IMG/VR virus record: IMGVR_UViG_3300044716_000631
Source of the DNA: a virus
Taxonomy: Duplodnaviria > Heunggongvirae > Uroviricota > Caudoviricetes
DNA length: 64,000 nucleotides
Strand: one strand, 5' to 3'
Made by a program: the position numbers and the translations under genes. The first letter of the stretch is position 1, and the number at the start of each line of letters is the position of its first letter. The notes beneath the pieces are model-generated. The model was given only the letters and a program-made list of their open reading frames with translations, was not told the DNA's origin and ran no database searches. Below, piece after piece: positions 19,231-28,938 of this stretch.

Positions 19231-19407
19231 TTAAAACAAAAATACGATAGACATAGCAACAGCAGTAGTGGCTGTTGCAATTGCCAACGAGTAACCAGCT
19301 AACGCAACAAATTGCATTCGTTCTTTTCCGGTTAGCCGGCGGAAAATATCGATGCCTGTATATAAAATTACAAACAACGCAATAAAAGCAACAATCATTT
19401 TACTCAT
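19231..19407 (-). CDS. small membrane protein (58 aa; not in ORF track)
   Basis: ATG at 19407 behind AAGGAG RBS; MSKMIVAFIALFVILYTG... two TM helices; adjacent to SPFH protein. Confidence 0.35.
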   Translation of the reverse strand: MSKMIVAFIALFVILYTGIDIFRRLTGKERMQFVALAGYSLAIATATTAVAMSIVFLF

Positions 19408-19416
19408 AACAACTCC

Positions 19417-20052
19417 TTAACCTGGACCACTTCCATTACCCCATGCTTTTGCGGGACCTTCATATTCCGCATCCTTCCAACGCTGTTGGATTCTTTGTTC
19501 AACCTCGTCAAAGTGAAGAGGAGTGAAATCGGTCTGTTCAACACAGACACAAAGATAGCGAGGATCTGGCTTATAGACAATATCCTCATCAATGACTTGC
19601 CAACTCATAACCTGATTTGCATGAAGGTGTCCGTGTACGTTGACACGGAACCGTTCTGTCACGCAATCAGGATGCAAAGGGATATGGCTCAGGATGAACT
19701 TATCCACGAACACACGAACACCATGAATCTGCTGGAAACCAACCTCACGATACTCATCGTCCTTGAAGATATCATGGTTGCCACGAATAAGGATCTTACG
19801 ACCGTTCATCCGCTTTACCAGCTCGAGATACTTCTTGTTGATGACAACATCGCCGAGGAAGTAGACAGTGTCCTGCTCCTTGACCTTCGCGTTGTGGCGC
19901 TCGATCATAGTCTCGTTCATTTCCTCGTTAGAGGAGAACGGACGGAGAGGACTGCCATCCTCTAACTTGAACTTTTCCCACGAGTTCGTATGACCAAGGT
20001 GATGGTCAGAGATCACGAACCTGTTTACAAACCTAGTCATTACTTTTAACAA
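19417..20052 (-). CDS. calcineurin-like metallophosphoesterase
   Basis: DHHLGH, GDVV, GNHD, GHLH metal-binding motifs. Confidence 0.65.
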   Translation of the reverse strand: MLKVMTRFVNRFVISDHHLGHTNSWEKFKLEDGSPLRPFSSNEEMNETMIERHNAKVKEQDTVYFLGDVVINKKYLELVKRMNGRKILIRGNHDIFKDDEYREVGFQQIHGVRVFVDKFILSHIPLHPDCVTERFRVNVHGHLHANQVMSWQVIDEDIVYKPDPRYLCVCVEQTDFTPLHFDEVEQRIQQRWKDAEYEGPAKAWGNGSGPG

Positions 20053-20227
20053 CCTTTACTTTATTCCTAAGGACAATAATACTGCGCGCATTACAACCAT
20101 TGTTACGGATAATTGCTTCAGCCTCTTCACGAGTTGGTGCATCTACAAGGACGGTGTCCCTATCCGTTTGACTGTACTCAATATGAACAATCCAATATGT
20201 CTTTGCGTCAGTCATAACAATCTCCAT
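20033..20227 (-). CDS. hypothetical protein (64 aa)
   Basis: Short ORF between phosphoesterase and kinase. Confidence 0.3.
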   Translation of the reverse strand: MEIVMTDAKTYWIVHIEYSQTDRDTVLVDAPTREEAEAIIRNNGCNARSIIVLRNKVKVVKSND

Positions 20228-20278
20228 TCGGTATATTTTTAGTATATACCAAATATCATATTATGTACACAGTTATTT

Positions 20279-20761
20279 TCACACAAATGTGATTTTATCG
20301 AAACCTTCTGACATGAGAGGAATCTCATAACTATCGATCATCCTATCAAGAGCTTCCTGAGGAATAGTCTTACCTCGACGCGAGTTCAGGCGGCGCTTCC
20401 ACTCTTCCTTAGAAAGAGCTTCCGACCCAACCTCAGGAAACACTACGCACTCAATCTCATACTTGTGCAGTTTCAGTTTCTGAATGAACTTAGCACGAGA
20501 CTTTGCAGTCAGGTTAGTGCGGTCGATAATAAAATCGGCCCCACGCATCAGACATGTAGTAATTTGCCTCCACATTATCTGTTCGGCAAACTGAATCAGT
20601 CCCTTGAATCCTTCATCATATGTCATACCGTAACTGCTAGCTATTTCTTGGATTATGTTATCGGTTGACGCCACAGCCGGCGGGTATTCTCCGTACTTTT
20701 TGTACTGCCAAGTAGACTTACCAGATGCAGGAACACCAACTAACATTATACACTTAGGCAT
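20279..20761 (-). CDS. P-loop kinase (polynucleotide 5'-kinase-like)
   Basis: Walker A GVPASGKST at N-terminus as in T4 Pnk kinase domain; ~160 aa. Confidence 0.5.
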   Translation of the reverse strand: MPKCIMLVGVPASGKSTWQYKKYGEYPPAVASTDNIIQEIASSYGMTYDEGFKGLIQFAEQIMWRQITTCLMRGADFIIDRTNLTAKSRAKFIQKLKLHKYEIECVVFPEVGSEALSKEEWKRRLNSRRGKTIPQEALDRMIDSYEIPLMSEGFDKITFV

Positions 20762-21965
20762 TGTAAGTCACTCCTTTAAACCAAGCATCACGAATTGCTT
20801 CGTACTTCACCGTCTTGGTCAGGTTTTTACGAATCGTATCACGAACATCAGTCCAATACTTTTCGACGCTACGTTCTTCAAAGTTCTTGAAGATCAATGT
20901 AGGTATATACGGGTCACGATATGTTTTAGCGTGTTCAAGAGCAAATGTCTTACGATCAATGTTTTCTTCACGTATCCAATCAAGATCATTAGCCAGCATA
21001 TAGACTACATCAGTAACCGCAAGATTGAAGTAAGCTTCAAACCGAGTTAGACGATCACGATCTTCCTGAGGCAAGTGAGCCTTCACGTCATCGAGGTTAT
21101 TGTCAAGAATCAACTCAACAATGTTACGATCTTGAAGGATCTTTTCCTTTGCCTTGTGGATCTGAACATACCAATCGCACTTCAGCTTCAGCATATGCCC
21201 ATCATCGAAACAAACAACAAAGCCTTCGAGATCTTCTAGAAGACGAACGTATTCAATGAAAGACTTCATATCGGACTGAGGTTCAAATGCACGAACCGTT
21301 GGAATGAAATACAGATCGGCTGTGTTGGTTACAAGGTCCAAAGACATATAACGACCGGTAGTCAGATCACGTATAGCAGTCAGGATTAACTGATCTTCCT
21401 TGTAGTCAAGGACTATACGCTGCTTACGCGAGCACCACTCGAAGATAGGAGTATACCCACGTCTGATTATGAAACGTGCAAACTGACTATAATTTTCGTT
21501 AAGCAGGACGAAGTCCTCGACAGGCTCTGCCACCTCAGTAGCACCCATCTTCGTACCCCAGATTAGTTGATCGTCCACAACAAATGGAGCGATCATTGAA
21601 CCATCAAGTTTCTCAAGGATAGCATGAGACTGCGACAGATCGACTACATGGTCCTGAGTCTCTTCACGCTCGTTGACGTTGAAGAACTTGTGGAACGGAC
21701 GACGAATGATCTCGCCAGTCGCAGTATCAAAGATGATACCACGGCACTCACGGCGAAGTCGAGCGTGAAGGTTTTCGATCTCATAATGATCGTGGTTTGC
21801 ACGAAGATCAGAAGAATCTAGAACATCAGGAAACGTATCAGCCATCATCACATTGTAGTTGATGACAGTGTAACCTTCCTTGACAGCCACAACGAATTCG
21901 TCGCGACCTTCGATTGCAGGCAGCACATCAGAGATGTTTCGGATAGTAGGAAATTCGTAGTTCAT
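20754..21965 (-). CDS. rnlA: RNA ligase 1 (T4 RnlA-like)
   Basis: Motif I LEKLDGS (T4 KEDGS); ECRGIIFD...RRPFHKFFNVNE matches T4 ECRGIMFE...SRPMEKFFNLNE; KLKCDWYVQIH matches T4 KIKSDWYVSLH. Confidence 0.8.
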   Translation of the reverse strand: MNYEFPTIRNISDVLPAIEGRDEFVVAVKEGYTVINYNVMMADTFPDVLDSSDLRANHDHYEIENLHARLRRECRGIIFDTATGEIIRRPFHKFFNVNEREETQDHVVDLSQSHAILEKLDGSMIAPFVVDDQLIWGTKMGATEVAEPVEDFVLLNENYSQFARFIIRRGYTPIFEWCSRKQRIVLDYKEDQLILTAIRDLTTGRYMSLDLVTNTADLYFIPTVRAFEPQSDMKSFIEYVRLLEDLEGFVVCFDDGHMLKLKCDWYVQIHKAKEKILQDRNIVELILDNNLDDVKAHLPQEDRDRLTRFEAYFNLAVTDVVYMLANDLDWIREENIDRKTFALEHAKTYRDPYIPTLIFKNFEERSVEKYWTDVRDTIRKNLTKTVKYEAIRDAWFKGVTYNA

Positions 21966-22068
21966 GATAACCTCAAAAAGATCAGACGGCGACGGACCAG
22001 GACACCTAGCAATTCAGCAATATACGAAATCCCACTCGGGATCCATCGCCATCTGATAGTTTAGTCTA

Positions 22069-22097
22069 TACTATATTTGGAAAAATGTCAACAATTA
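22069..22097 (-). promoter_or_regulatory. sigma70-type early promoter (TTGACA-N17-TAGACT) upstream of rnlA
   Basis: Minus strand TTGTTGACAT, 17-nt spacer, TAGACT. Confidence 0.45.
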
Positions 22098-22394
22098 AAT
22101 TTGTTTTCCATCAAGGATGAAGTAACCACGACCAAGTTCATCACGATCGAAAACCAGGATCTCATCGTTCATGAGAATCTGCAGAGGAGCTTCACCCTGA
22201 GCGTTGTAAGCACCACCGAGGCGAGCGAAATATTCTTCGACGGTGTAGTGCTTGATCAGAGTCTTGATGAACTTAGCTTTGGTAACTGGACCACGATGCT
22301 TGAACCGAGCAACGAACTTACGTTCCGTACCAGTGTTATAGTGGATATATCCACCGTTGCCAGATTCGAAGTTGGTTTTAGCAAATGCAGTCAT
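22095..22394 (-). CDS. hypothetical protein (99 aa)
   Basis: ORF downstream of conserved promoter cassette. Confidence 0.4.
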   Translation of the reverse strand: MTAFAKTNFESGNGGYIHYNTGTERKFVARFKHRGPVTKAKFIKTLIKHYTVEEYFARLGGAYNAQGEAPLQILMNDEILVFDRDELGRGYFILDGKQI

Positions 22395-22426
22395 AATCAG
22401 TTCCTTTGTTCATTCCTTATATTATT

Positions 22427-22455
22427 AGTATAGTATATTTTCAAAATAATGTCAA
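22427..22455 (-). promoter_or_regulatory. sigma70-type early promoter within repeated promoter cassette (TTGACA-N17-TATACT)
   Basis: Cassette gttcattccttatattattagtata...aataatgtcaac repeated nearly identically at ~39.5 kb and ~47.9 kb. Confidence 0.5.
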
Positions 22456-22464
22456 CAAAAAAAA

Positions 22465-22731
22465 TCACATTTGATAAATTTCTTTTCGCCACATGTCGGC
22501 TTCGGCTTGATTGAAGCGAGATTGACGTTCCCAGAATTTCATCTTACGTTCAGCAATTTCCAGTTCCTTACCGGCCTGAATCTTTTCGCGAGTATCCGGC
22601 GAATTTCGGTAAATGTGCATCAGGACGAAGTGATTGTAGGAATGATTAGCCCATTGAGAATTAGGATTGAGTCGACTAATGTTGATGGCGAATCCGCCAC
22701 GAGCGTTACCATCATCGTAAAAAATAGCCAT
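22465..22731 (-). CDS. hypothetical protein (88 aa)
   Basis: ORF. Confidence 0.4.
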   Translation of the reverse strand: MAIFYDDGNARGGFAINISRLNPNSQWANHSYNHFVLMHIYRNSPDTREKIQAGKELEIAERKMKFWERQSRFNQAEADMWRKEIYQM

Positions 22732-22784
22732 GATATTTCTCCTTGTTAGAGAACCCTTATATCATGTTTTGAATATATTGTAAA

Positions 22785-22816
22785 CAAAAAAAGAGGGGAG
22801 CCTCTCGACTCCCCTC
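22785..22816 (-). terminator. rho-independent terminator
   Basis: GAGGGGAG...CTCCCCTC hairpin followed by T7 run on minus strand. Confidence 0.55.
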
Positions 22817-22910
22817 CAAATGCGTGTAGCAGGAGGAACCCCACCTGTAATCCTGCCTATTCCAGTCGTCAATTAAGACACTTGCCTCTTTTACGGATGA
22901 AACCGCAAAT
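22817..22910 (-). ncRNA. candidate small RNA between late-promoter motif and terminator
   Basis: TATAAATA on minus strand at 22914-22921, no ORF over 13 codons before terminator at 22785-22816. Confidence 0.25.
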
Positions 22911-22936
22911 CCACGCACCACATAGTGTACATATAT

Positions 22937-23178
22937 TTATACGAGAAAAGTTGATTCGTTAAAAGAAAATTTAGTTTTAGCTAAAAAAAATGATGGTGTG
23001 AATCCATCAAATCCACCACCAAAATTGAGGTGACGAACCATCTCCTTAGCCTTACGCATTCCTAGTCCCGAGAGTACAATCTGATCGGTTTTGGTTTCAA
23101 GGATATCACCACCTTGTTCAACATAGCCACCACCAATATCAATCAGCTGCTTGTCATTTACAATCTTATAGTTAACCA
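22937..23178 (-). CDS. hypothetical protein (~80 aa, start at internal Met of listed ORF)
   Basis: ATG at 23176-23178 overlaps stop of upstream ORF (AATGGTTAA). Confidence 0.35.
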
Positions 23179-23399
23179 TTAGTCTTCCTCCATTGAAATC
23201 CAAAACAAAGTTCTTGCATTTTACGATGAAACCAGTTAGGCACCTGTCCTTTGTTGGGGTTATAAACGATAGCACCAGGCTGGCCACTGCCATAATCCCC
23301 CATCAACCATACTGCCCATTCAGACTTTTCTGGCAGTTTGATAACCAGGTTGTCGGGCATTTCCATTGCATACCAGCTGCCATCATCTTCGGCCACCAT
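23172..23399 (-). CDS. hypothetical protein (75 aa)
   Basis: ORF directly after helicase gene. Confidence 0.35.
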   Translation of the reverse strand: MVAEDDGSWYAMEMPDNLVIKLPEKSEWAVWLMGDYGSGQPGAIVYNPNKGQVPNWFHRKMQELCFGFQWRKTNG

Positions 23400-24814
23400 T
23401 ACTTAAATCCTTGAAATTTGTTTTTGTTGAACTTATTAACTGGCTTTGATTCTTCATTGAGTCTACTACCAGAACTCGACTTATCAAATACAGGAACATC
23501 GTCGTCCTGCATGAGATCTTCTTGAGCAGAGGCTTCTACATTATAGAGTCTCATCTTTGAATAGTCAACACCAATCACGAATCGTTTATGAACAGCAGGA
23601 TCGCCATAACGATTCTTGAGCTGCTTGACCATGATTTGATCGAGTTGACGAAGTTCTTCACTGGTCACAAGAGCAAACATAAAGTCAGCCGTTGCTGGTA
23701 GACCAAACGATTCAGAAGTATCTTCCAATCCAACATCAGAGTTACTATAGCCAGAACGAGTTGTCTGAGTAGCCGAGACAATTGGAACATTGAACTCAAC
23801 AGCCAGACCACGAAGCTCTTCAGCAATTGCTTTGATGTAGGTGTAGGAGTTTACATTCGATCCTGCCTTGATACGAGAAGAAGCACAGATGTTCAGATAA
23901 TCGATATAGATAATATCTGGAACAAAGTCTTTCTTCAAGTTCAGTTCATTCAATAGATGCCTGAAGTTAGCCGAACCAGCAGTTGCAGTTGGATACTCCT
24001 TCACAATCAACTTGCCCTTGGCACGATCACGAACACGACCAATCAACTTATAGTAGATTGCTTGTGGAAGCTCCTTCAATTCGTCGAGCGTTACACCGAG
24101 TAGATTTGCATCCACGCGTTCAGCAATTCTTTCTTCAGCCATTTCCATGGTGATATAAAGAACGTTCTGACCAGACAAAAGATTTTGAGCTGCGCCGTGA
24201 CACATGAATAGAGACTTACCAACGCCAGTACCAGCAAGAGCAATATTCAGAGTCTTACGCGGTAGGCCACCCTGAGTAATCTTGTTAAAGAAGTCAAGAT
24301 CAAAAGGAATACGAACTTCCTTGCGATGATAGAACTCATAACGAGCATCAGCATCATCAAGGAAGTCGTGGCCAATCGAGTTGTCGAATGAAACACCGAG
24401 AGCGTCCTGCAAGATCTTAGGGATAGCACCAACACTGATGCTATCCTTCTTATTATCATCTACAATCTGAATCGATTGCATCAGAGCATTATATAGAGCT
24501 TTGTCTTTACAGAACTTCTCGGTGGAGTCAACAAGCCAATTCATATCCTTCTCTTCAGACTTGTCAAGAGTTGACACGAGATCTTTGGCTCGCTTGAACT
24601 GTTCTTCAGTCAAGCCAGTTTTCTCGTTCAAATCAATGTCAAGCGCAGTCTTAGTCGGAAACGAGTTGTACTTGTTCACATAGTCAGTGATTAGGTCGAA
24701 CACTGTACGATCAACCTGGTCACTGAAATAGTCTGACTGTAAGAATGGAATTACCTTGCGTGCATACTCCTCATTGTTAATCAAATTGCCGAAGATAACA
24801 TTCTCAATTTTCAT
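23399..24814 (-). CDS. 41: replicative DNA helicase (T4 gp41, DnaB-like)
   Basis: Walker A LAGTGVGKSLF, DnaB-like C-terminal RecA fold, 471 aa, adjacent to uvsX. Confidence 0.85.
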   Translation of the reverse strand: MKIENVIFGNLINNEEYARKVIPFLQSDYFSDQVDRTVFDLITDYVNKYNSFPTKTALDIDLNEKTGLTEEQFKRAKDLVSTLDKSEEKDMNWLVDSTEKFCKDKALYNALMQSIQIVDDNKKDSISVGAIPKILQDALGVSFDNSIGHDFLDDADARYEFYHRKEVRIPFDLDFFNKITQGGLPRKTLNIALAGTGVGKSLFMCHGAAQNLLSGQNVLYITMEMAEERIAERVDANLLGVTLDELKELPQAIYYKLIGRVRDRAKGKLIVKEYPTATAGSANFRHLLNELNLKKDFVPDIIYIDYLNICASSRIKAGSNVNSYTYIKAIAEELRGLAVEFNVPIVSATQTTRSGYSNSDVGLEDTSESFGLPATADFMFALVTSEELRQLDQIMVKQLKNRYGDPAVHKRFVIGVDYSKMRLYNVEASAQEDLMQDDDVPVFDKSSSGSRLNEESKPVNKFNKNKFQGFK

Positions 24815-25881
24815 TCGCCTTCCAGCTCCTCATAAACGGATTCAACTTCATCTTCCTGCATGATACTACCGGAAGCTACACGATACCTATTCTCAATGAA
24901 TTCATTGAACTTCGGGCATTGTAGAATTGGATGCCAGAAGCTAAAGCTATAAGTATCATTCATACGATAAGACTTATCAAGGATCTCACCGGTTTCCATG
25001 TCAACACGCTGGAACCAACCAACCTTTGGCTTGATTACGTGGCCAGACTCGAGAGCCATGTCCATCAAACCAGACCACTTGGAAATACCTTCATCCCAAG
25101 AAACTTCGATTGGAATCTTGCTCTTTTCTTTGACAAAGCGAGACTTCTCGACGTTGATGATGAAGTTATAACCTACAACATCCTTGCCTTCCTTCTCTTG
25201 CTGACGACCAAGAATGAAGATGTTATCGGCCGAGTAATAGATACCAGTACCACCAGATACAACTGGCTTCGAGAACATTTCCTGAGTCATGTAAGTATGG
25301 TTTACCACAACCATCGGAATATCCTTGATGGTCAAGTGAGGAGTTACCATACGGAACAGAGACTTGAGCTGCTTTGCACGAGTCATGTCAGCTGCTGAGT
25401 TTTGCTTCAGAGCATCATCAACTTCTTTCTTTGAAGCCAAGTTACCAACCGAGTCGATGATAATCATAACATGTTCACCACGGCCAATCTGTTCAAGTTG
25501 GCTCATGATGTCGAACTTCAATTGCTCGATATCAGTGATGGGAGTATGAAGCACTCGGCTTGTGTCAATCTTGAACGAATCAAAGTAGGACTGAGGAGTA
25601 CCAAACTCGGAGTCATAAAACATTAGCACGGCGTCAGAATACTTATCCATGTAAGCCTTGGCCATCAACAGACTGAAAGAAGTCTTAAAGTGCTTTGATG
25701 GGCCAGCCCAAATGGTAAGACCTGGAGCAAATCCACCATTGATCTTGCCGGACAACGCGATGTTGATTGCAGGAACCGTGGTGGAGATTGTGTCCTTCTC
25801 ATTGAAGAACTTTGAGTCTGCAAGAATATCAGTATCTTTGATTGTAGAATTCTTACGCAGTTTATTAAGTAAATCAGACAT
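24811..25881 (-). CDS. uvsX: recombinase UvsX (RecA-like)
   Basis: RecA-fold Walker A GPSKHFKTSFSLLM, 356 aa, T4 UvsX-like. Confidence 0.85.
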   Translation of the reverse strand: MSDLLNKLRKNSTIKDTDILADSKFFNEKDTISTTVPAINIALSGKINGGFAPGLTIWAGPSKHFKTSFSLLMAKAYMDKYSDAVLMFYDSEFGTPQSYFDSFKIDTSRVLHTPITDIEQLKFDIMSQLEQIGRGEHVMIIIDSVGNLASKKEVDDALKQNSAADMTRAKQLKSLFRMVTPHLTIKDIPMVVVNHTYMTQEMFSKPVVSGGTGIYYSADNIFILGRQQEKEGKDVVGYNFIINVEKSRFVKEKSKIPIEVSWDEGISKWSGLMDMALESGHVIKPKVGWFQRVDMETGEILDKSYRMNDTYSFSFWHPILQCPKFNEFIENRYRVASGSIMQEDEVESVYEELEGE

Positions 25882-25906
25882 ATTATCTCCTTGTTCGTAG
25901 TATTAC

Positions 25907-25935
25907 AGTATATTCGGTATATGAAATAATGTCAA
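25907..25935 (-). promoter_or_regulatory. sigma70-type early promoter upstream of uvsX (TTGACA-N17-TATACT)
   Basis: Minus strand TTGACA, 17-nt spacer, TATACT, then AAGGAG RBS. Confidence 0.5.
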
Positions 25936-26177
25936 CCAATAAGAGACTGAAGTTTCTTTTTAAATGCTTCAATCTTTTCTTTACGGTTGGGCCAATGGAT
26001 ATAAGCATTCTTTTCTGCATCCTTGGCAAGGTTGTTTAATAGAGGAAGAACAAGTTTGTACATGGCTTCTGCCTTGGCTTGACTTTCTTCTACGGTGAGT
26101 TGAGCTTGTGTGAAGATATCCTCGCTTACGGATGTGAACCCGAAATCGAAATCTTCGTCTAAATCTATATTAGCCAT
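25932..26177 (-). CDS. hypothetical acidic protein (81 aa)
   Basis: ORF. Confidence 0.35.
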   Translation of the reverse strand: MANIDLDEDFDFGFTSVSEDIFTQAQLTVEESQAKAEAMYKLVLPLLNNLAKDAEKNAYIHWPNRKEKIEAFKKKLQSLIG

Positions 26178-26379
26178 TGATAACTCCTATTGTCCAGTTT
26201 TCAGCGCAATCTTCAGCGTATCGTAATGTTTTGTCTTTCAAAACTCTTGTCTCAGTGTGCTGATCATTTTCAAAAAACTTGACATAAAAATAATCATCAT
26301 AGATTTGCTTATGCACCTCGGCTCTGCGATTTGCATATTGTCCATTACCATTGTATTCTGTTACCATCATGAGAACCAA
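26170..26379 (-). CDS. hypothetical protein (69 aa)
   Basis: ORF. Confidence 0.35.
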   Translation of the reverse strand: MVLMMVTEYNGNGQYANRRAEVHKQIYDDYFYVKFFENDQHTETRVLKDKTLRYAEDCAENWTIGVING

Positions 26380-28865
26380 TCCTCTAGAGTTGCGCGTTTT
26401 TCCGTTTGCCAGCCAATTGTCTTGATGATTGATTCGATTGGACTGAGATAGCCTTTCTCGAACTGGACATCGTAGTCAACATACTGATGCATATTAAATT
26501 CTTGTGGAAGACCATTCGAGCAAGAGATCACGTGTTCTCTTGTCGGATTCGGATTTTTGAGATACACGAACTTGATCTTCTCGCCGCTGGCAATCGTTTG
26601 ATATTTATTTTGAAGCTTTAGCTTCTCGATCATCTGATTGAAAACAACAGAGCCACGAACGTGAATAGGAGTACCAGACTCGAAGCGACCAAAGCGATAC
26701 CACTTTTCAATGTCCTTCACTCCACGAGTGAATGCCACATCCTCAAAGCTTAGCGTACGGAACTTTGTACGGAAGTCTGAGATATACTTTTGAAGATCTT
26801 CTTCAGATCCGTTCATGATAATCTCGAGCGACTTCTTAATGCTATCACGACAAGCAGTTGGAGTGGAAGAACGAACTGCTTCAATGCCCATCATCTTGAG
26901 CTTTGGCTTATCGTACTGAACACCTTCGGAGTTCCAGACATTGAGGATGTACATCTTCTTGGCTTTCCAGATGCCTTTGTTTGCGATGTTTTCTCGCTTC
27001 ATCTGCATCTTTTGAGCATAAGCATTCATACTGTCAGCCAGTTCCTGATACGACTTATCAATGAAAGGCTCAATGCGCTTCTTGCAAGCCGTGTCAAGGA
27101 ATTCCACAATCTTCATATCATCAGCACCATCTGGGAAGACGTGCTTTACAAGACCATCAAGTGTAATGTAGATTGAGTCAGTGTCAGATGCAATCACGTA
27201 GTCTTTGTTCTTGGTATCAAGCAGATCATTCAGATAGAGATTGATCTTCTTCTCAATCCAGCGAATGCTGAGCTGACCAGACATGGTAATGGCTTCGGCG
27301 TTATTCACATCAAACCAACGGAACCACTTGTTACCAAGAGCACCATAAGCTGAGTTCAACTGAATCTTCTTAGCCATCTGCATATTATCAAGTCGAGCAA
27401 TCTCTTTGATAAGTTTTGCGTCTTTGGTCTTTTCGTATTCCTTCTTGACCTCGATCATTTCCTTCTTGTACTTGGTACGATCGTTATACATACGATCCAT
27501 AAGGCTTGGAAGGAAGCCACGCTTTTCTTTGGTATAGACACAAAGGTTGGCGGCAATAGTGCAGTTCGAGTTTTTCATATCATTTTCGTACTTACTAATG
27601 CCGCCAACAAGTAGGTCGTCGATTGTCATCTTATCGCCCAGACGAGTTACAAGCGTCTCCGGAGAGATGTTGTATTGCATAATAAGATGAGGGTAAAGGG
27701 AGTTCAAATCGAACGACACAACCCATTTACTCATACCAAGCTTTGGATCTTTGACATAGCCACCAACGAATGGTCTATCATTCTTGTTCTTATTGTTTTG
27801 ATAAACAACAGTCTTACGATCCAAGAGATAGTTGTGAGTAATAATATCCCACTGCTTCACCGAAGCCAAGCAGTCTTCATAGTTTACCTTGGCATCATAA
27901 GCCATGGCATAGACAAGCTCGATAAGTTTCAGTTTGTCTTCGAGCTTTTCGACGAGTTCAACGTCGTGGATGTTGTACTCAATATACTTTTGAAAATTCT
28001 TGAAACGAAGATCATCAAGATTATCGTATTCAGAATAGTCGAGCTTCTGTTCGCCAAGTTCTACCTGAGCAATATAGTCGAGTCGATAAGACTCTTGCTC
28101 AGTGTAGGTGAACTTCTTGTACAGATGTATGTAGTCCAGTACGGCAATGCCTACTGGTGTATAGGCCACATTGGTTCGGCCTCTAATTTCGACTTTGTAT
28201 TCACGTAGGATTTCCCAAGGGGAAAGACGACGAGCCTGATCTTCTCCGAGAAGCTTTCGAATCCGGTTGACAAGGTACGGGATGTCGAAGAACTCGATGT
28301 TCCAGCCCGTGACAACGTCAGGCGAGTAGAGAGATCCGTTCCAGACTTCAAGGAAGGCGAGAAGGAGAGCAGATTCGTCTGCGCATTTGTAGTATTGAAC
28401 ATTAGGTAGGTGCTCCTTATAATCACCGCAGCCAAACACTGTCTTTTTACCATTGCGGCCTATGGTAATAGCTGTAATTTCATTTTCTGCAAGTTCAATA
28501 TCAGGGAAACCGTTTTCAATGCTGGTCTCGATATCGATCGAACACACGGAAACGAGACTCGGATCGTACCGAATCTCGCCAGGATAGTTATCATAAATAT
28601 ACATGTAAGGCCAGTCGGTGAGACCAAAGATCTCCATTCCACTGACATCTTCATACGTTTGTAGGAATTCACGCGCATCTCGCATGGAATCGAAGTCCAT
28701 ACGACCGACGTACTCATCACGCAGATTACGATATTCGGTCTGAGTTTGAGATGGGATAAATAGGTACGGCTTATACTTTGTGGCGAACTTTACGGGTTTA
28801 CCGTTGTTAAGTCCACGAACAAGGATCTGATTACCGTGTCTGGTGATGTTTGTATAAAATTTCAT
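26367..28865 (-). CDS. 43: DNA polymerase, family B (T4 gp43-like)
   Basis: Exo I motif SIDIETS, polymerase motif C IASDTDSIYI; 832 aa. Confidence 0.9.
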   Translation of the reverse strand: MKFYTNITRHGNQILVRGLNNGKPVKFATKYKPYLFIPSQTQTEYRNLRDEYVGRMDFDSMRDAREFLQTYEDVSGMEIFGLTDWPYMYIYDNYPGEIRYDPSLVSVCSIDIETSIENGFPDIELAENEITAITIGRNGKKTVFGCGDYKEHLPNVQYYKCADESALLLAFLEVWNGSLYSPDVVTGWNIEFFDIPYLVNRIRKLLGEDQARRLSPWEILREYKVEIRGRTNVAYTPVGIAVLDYIHLYKKFTYTEQESYRLDYIAQVELGEQKLDYSEYDNLDDLRFKNFQKYIEYNIHDVELVEKLEDKLKLIELVYAMAYDAKVNYEDCLASVKQWDIITHNYLLDRKTVVYQNNKNKNDRPFVGGYVKDPKLGMSKWVVSFDLNSLYPHLIMQYNISPETLVTRLGDKMTIDDLLVGGISKYENDMKNSNCTIAANLCVYTKEKRGFLPSLMDRMYNDRTKYKKEMIEVKKEYEKTKDAKLIKEIARLDNMQMAKKIQLNSAYGALGNKWFRWFDVNNAEAITMSGQLSIRWIEKKINLYLNDLLDTKNKDYVIASDTDSIYITLDGLVKHVFPDGADDMKIVEFLDTACKKRIEPFIDKSYQELADSMNAYAQKMQMKRENIANKGIWKAKKMYILNVWNSEGVQYDKPKLKMMGIEAVRSSTPTACRDSIKKSLEIIMNGSEEDLQKYISDFRTKFRTLSFEDVAFTRGVKDIEKWYRFGRFESGTPIHVRGSVVFNQMIEKLKLQNKYQTIASGEKIKFVYLKNPNPTREHVISCSNGLPQEFNMHQYVDYDVQFEKGYLSPIESIIKTIGWQTEKRATLEDWFS

Positions 28866-28938
28866 GTTACCTCGCCACTACACATATTTTAGTTATATCA
28901 CCATTTGCAAATAATGTACACACGTAAAAGGAAAAAAA

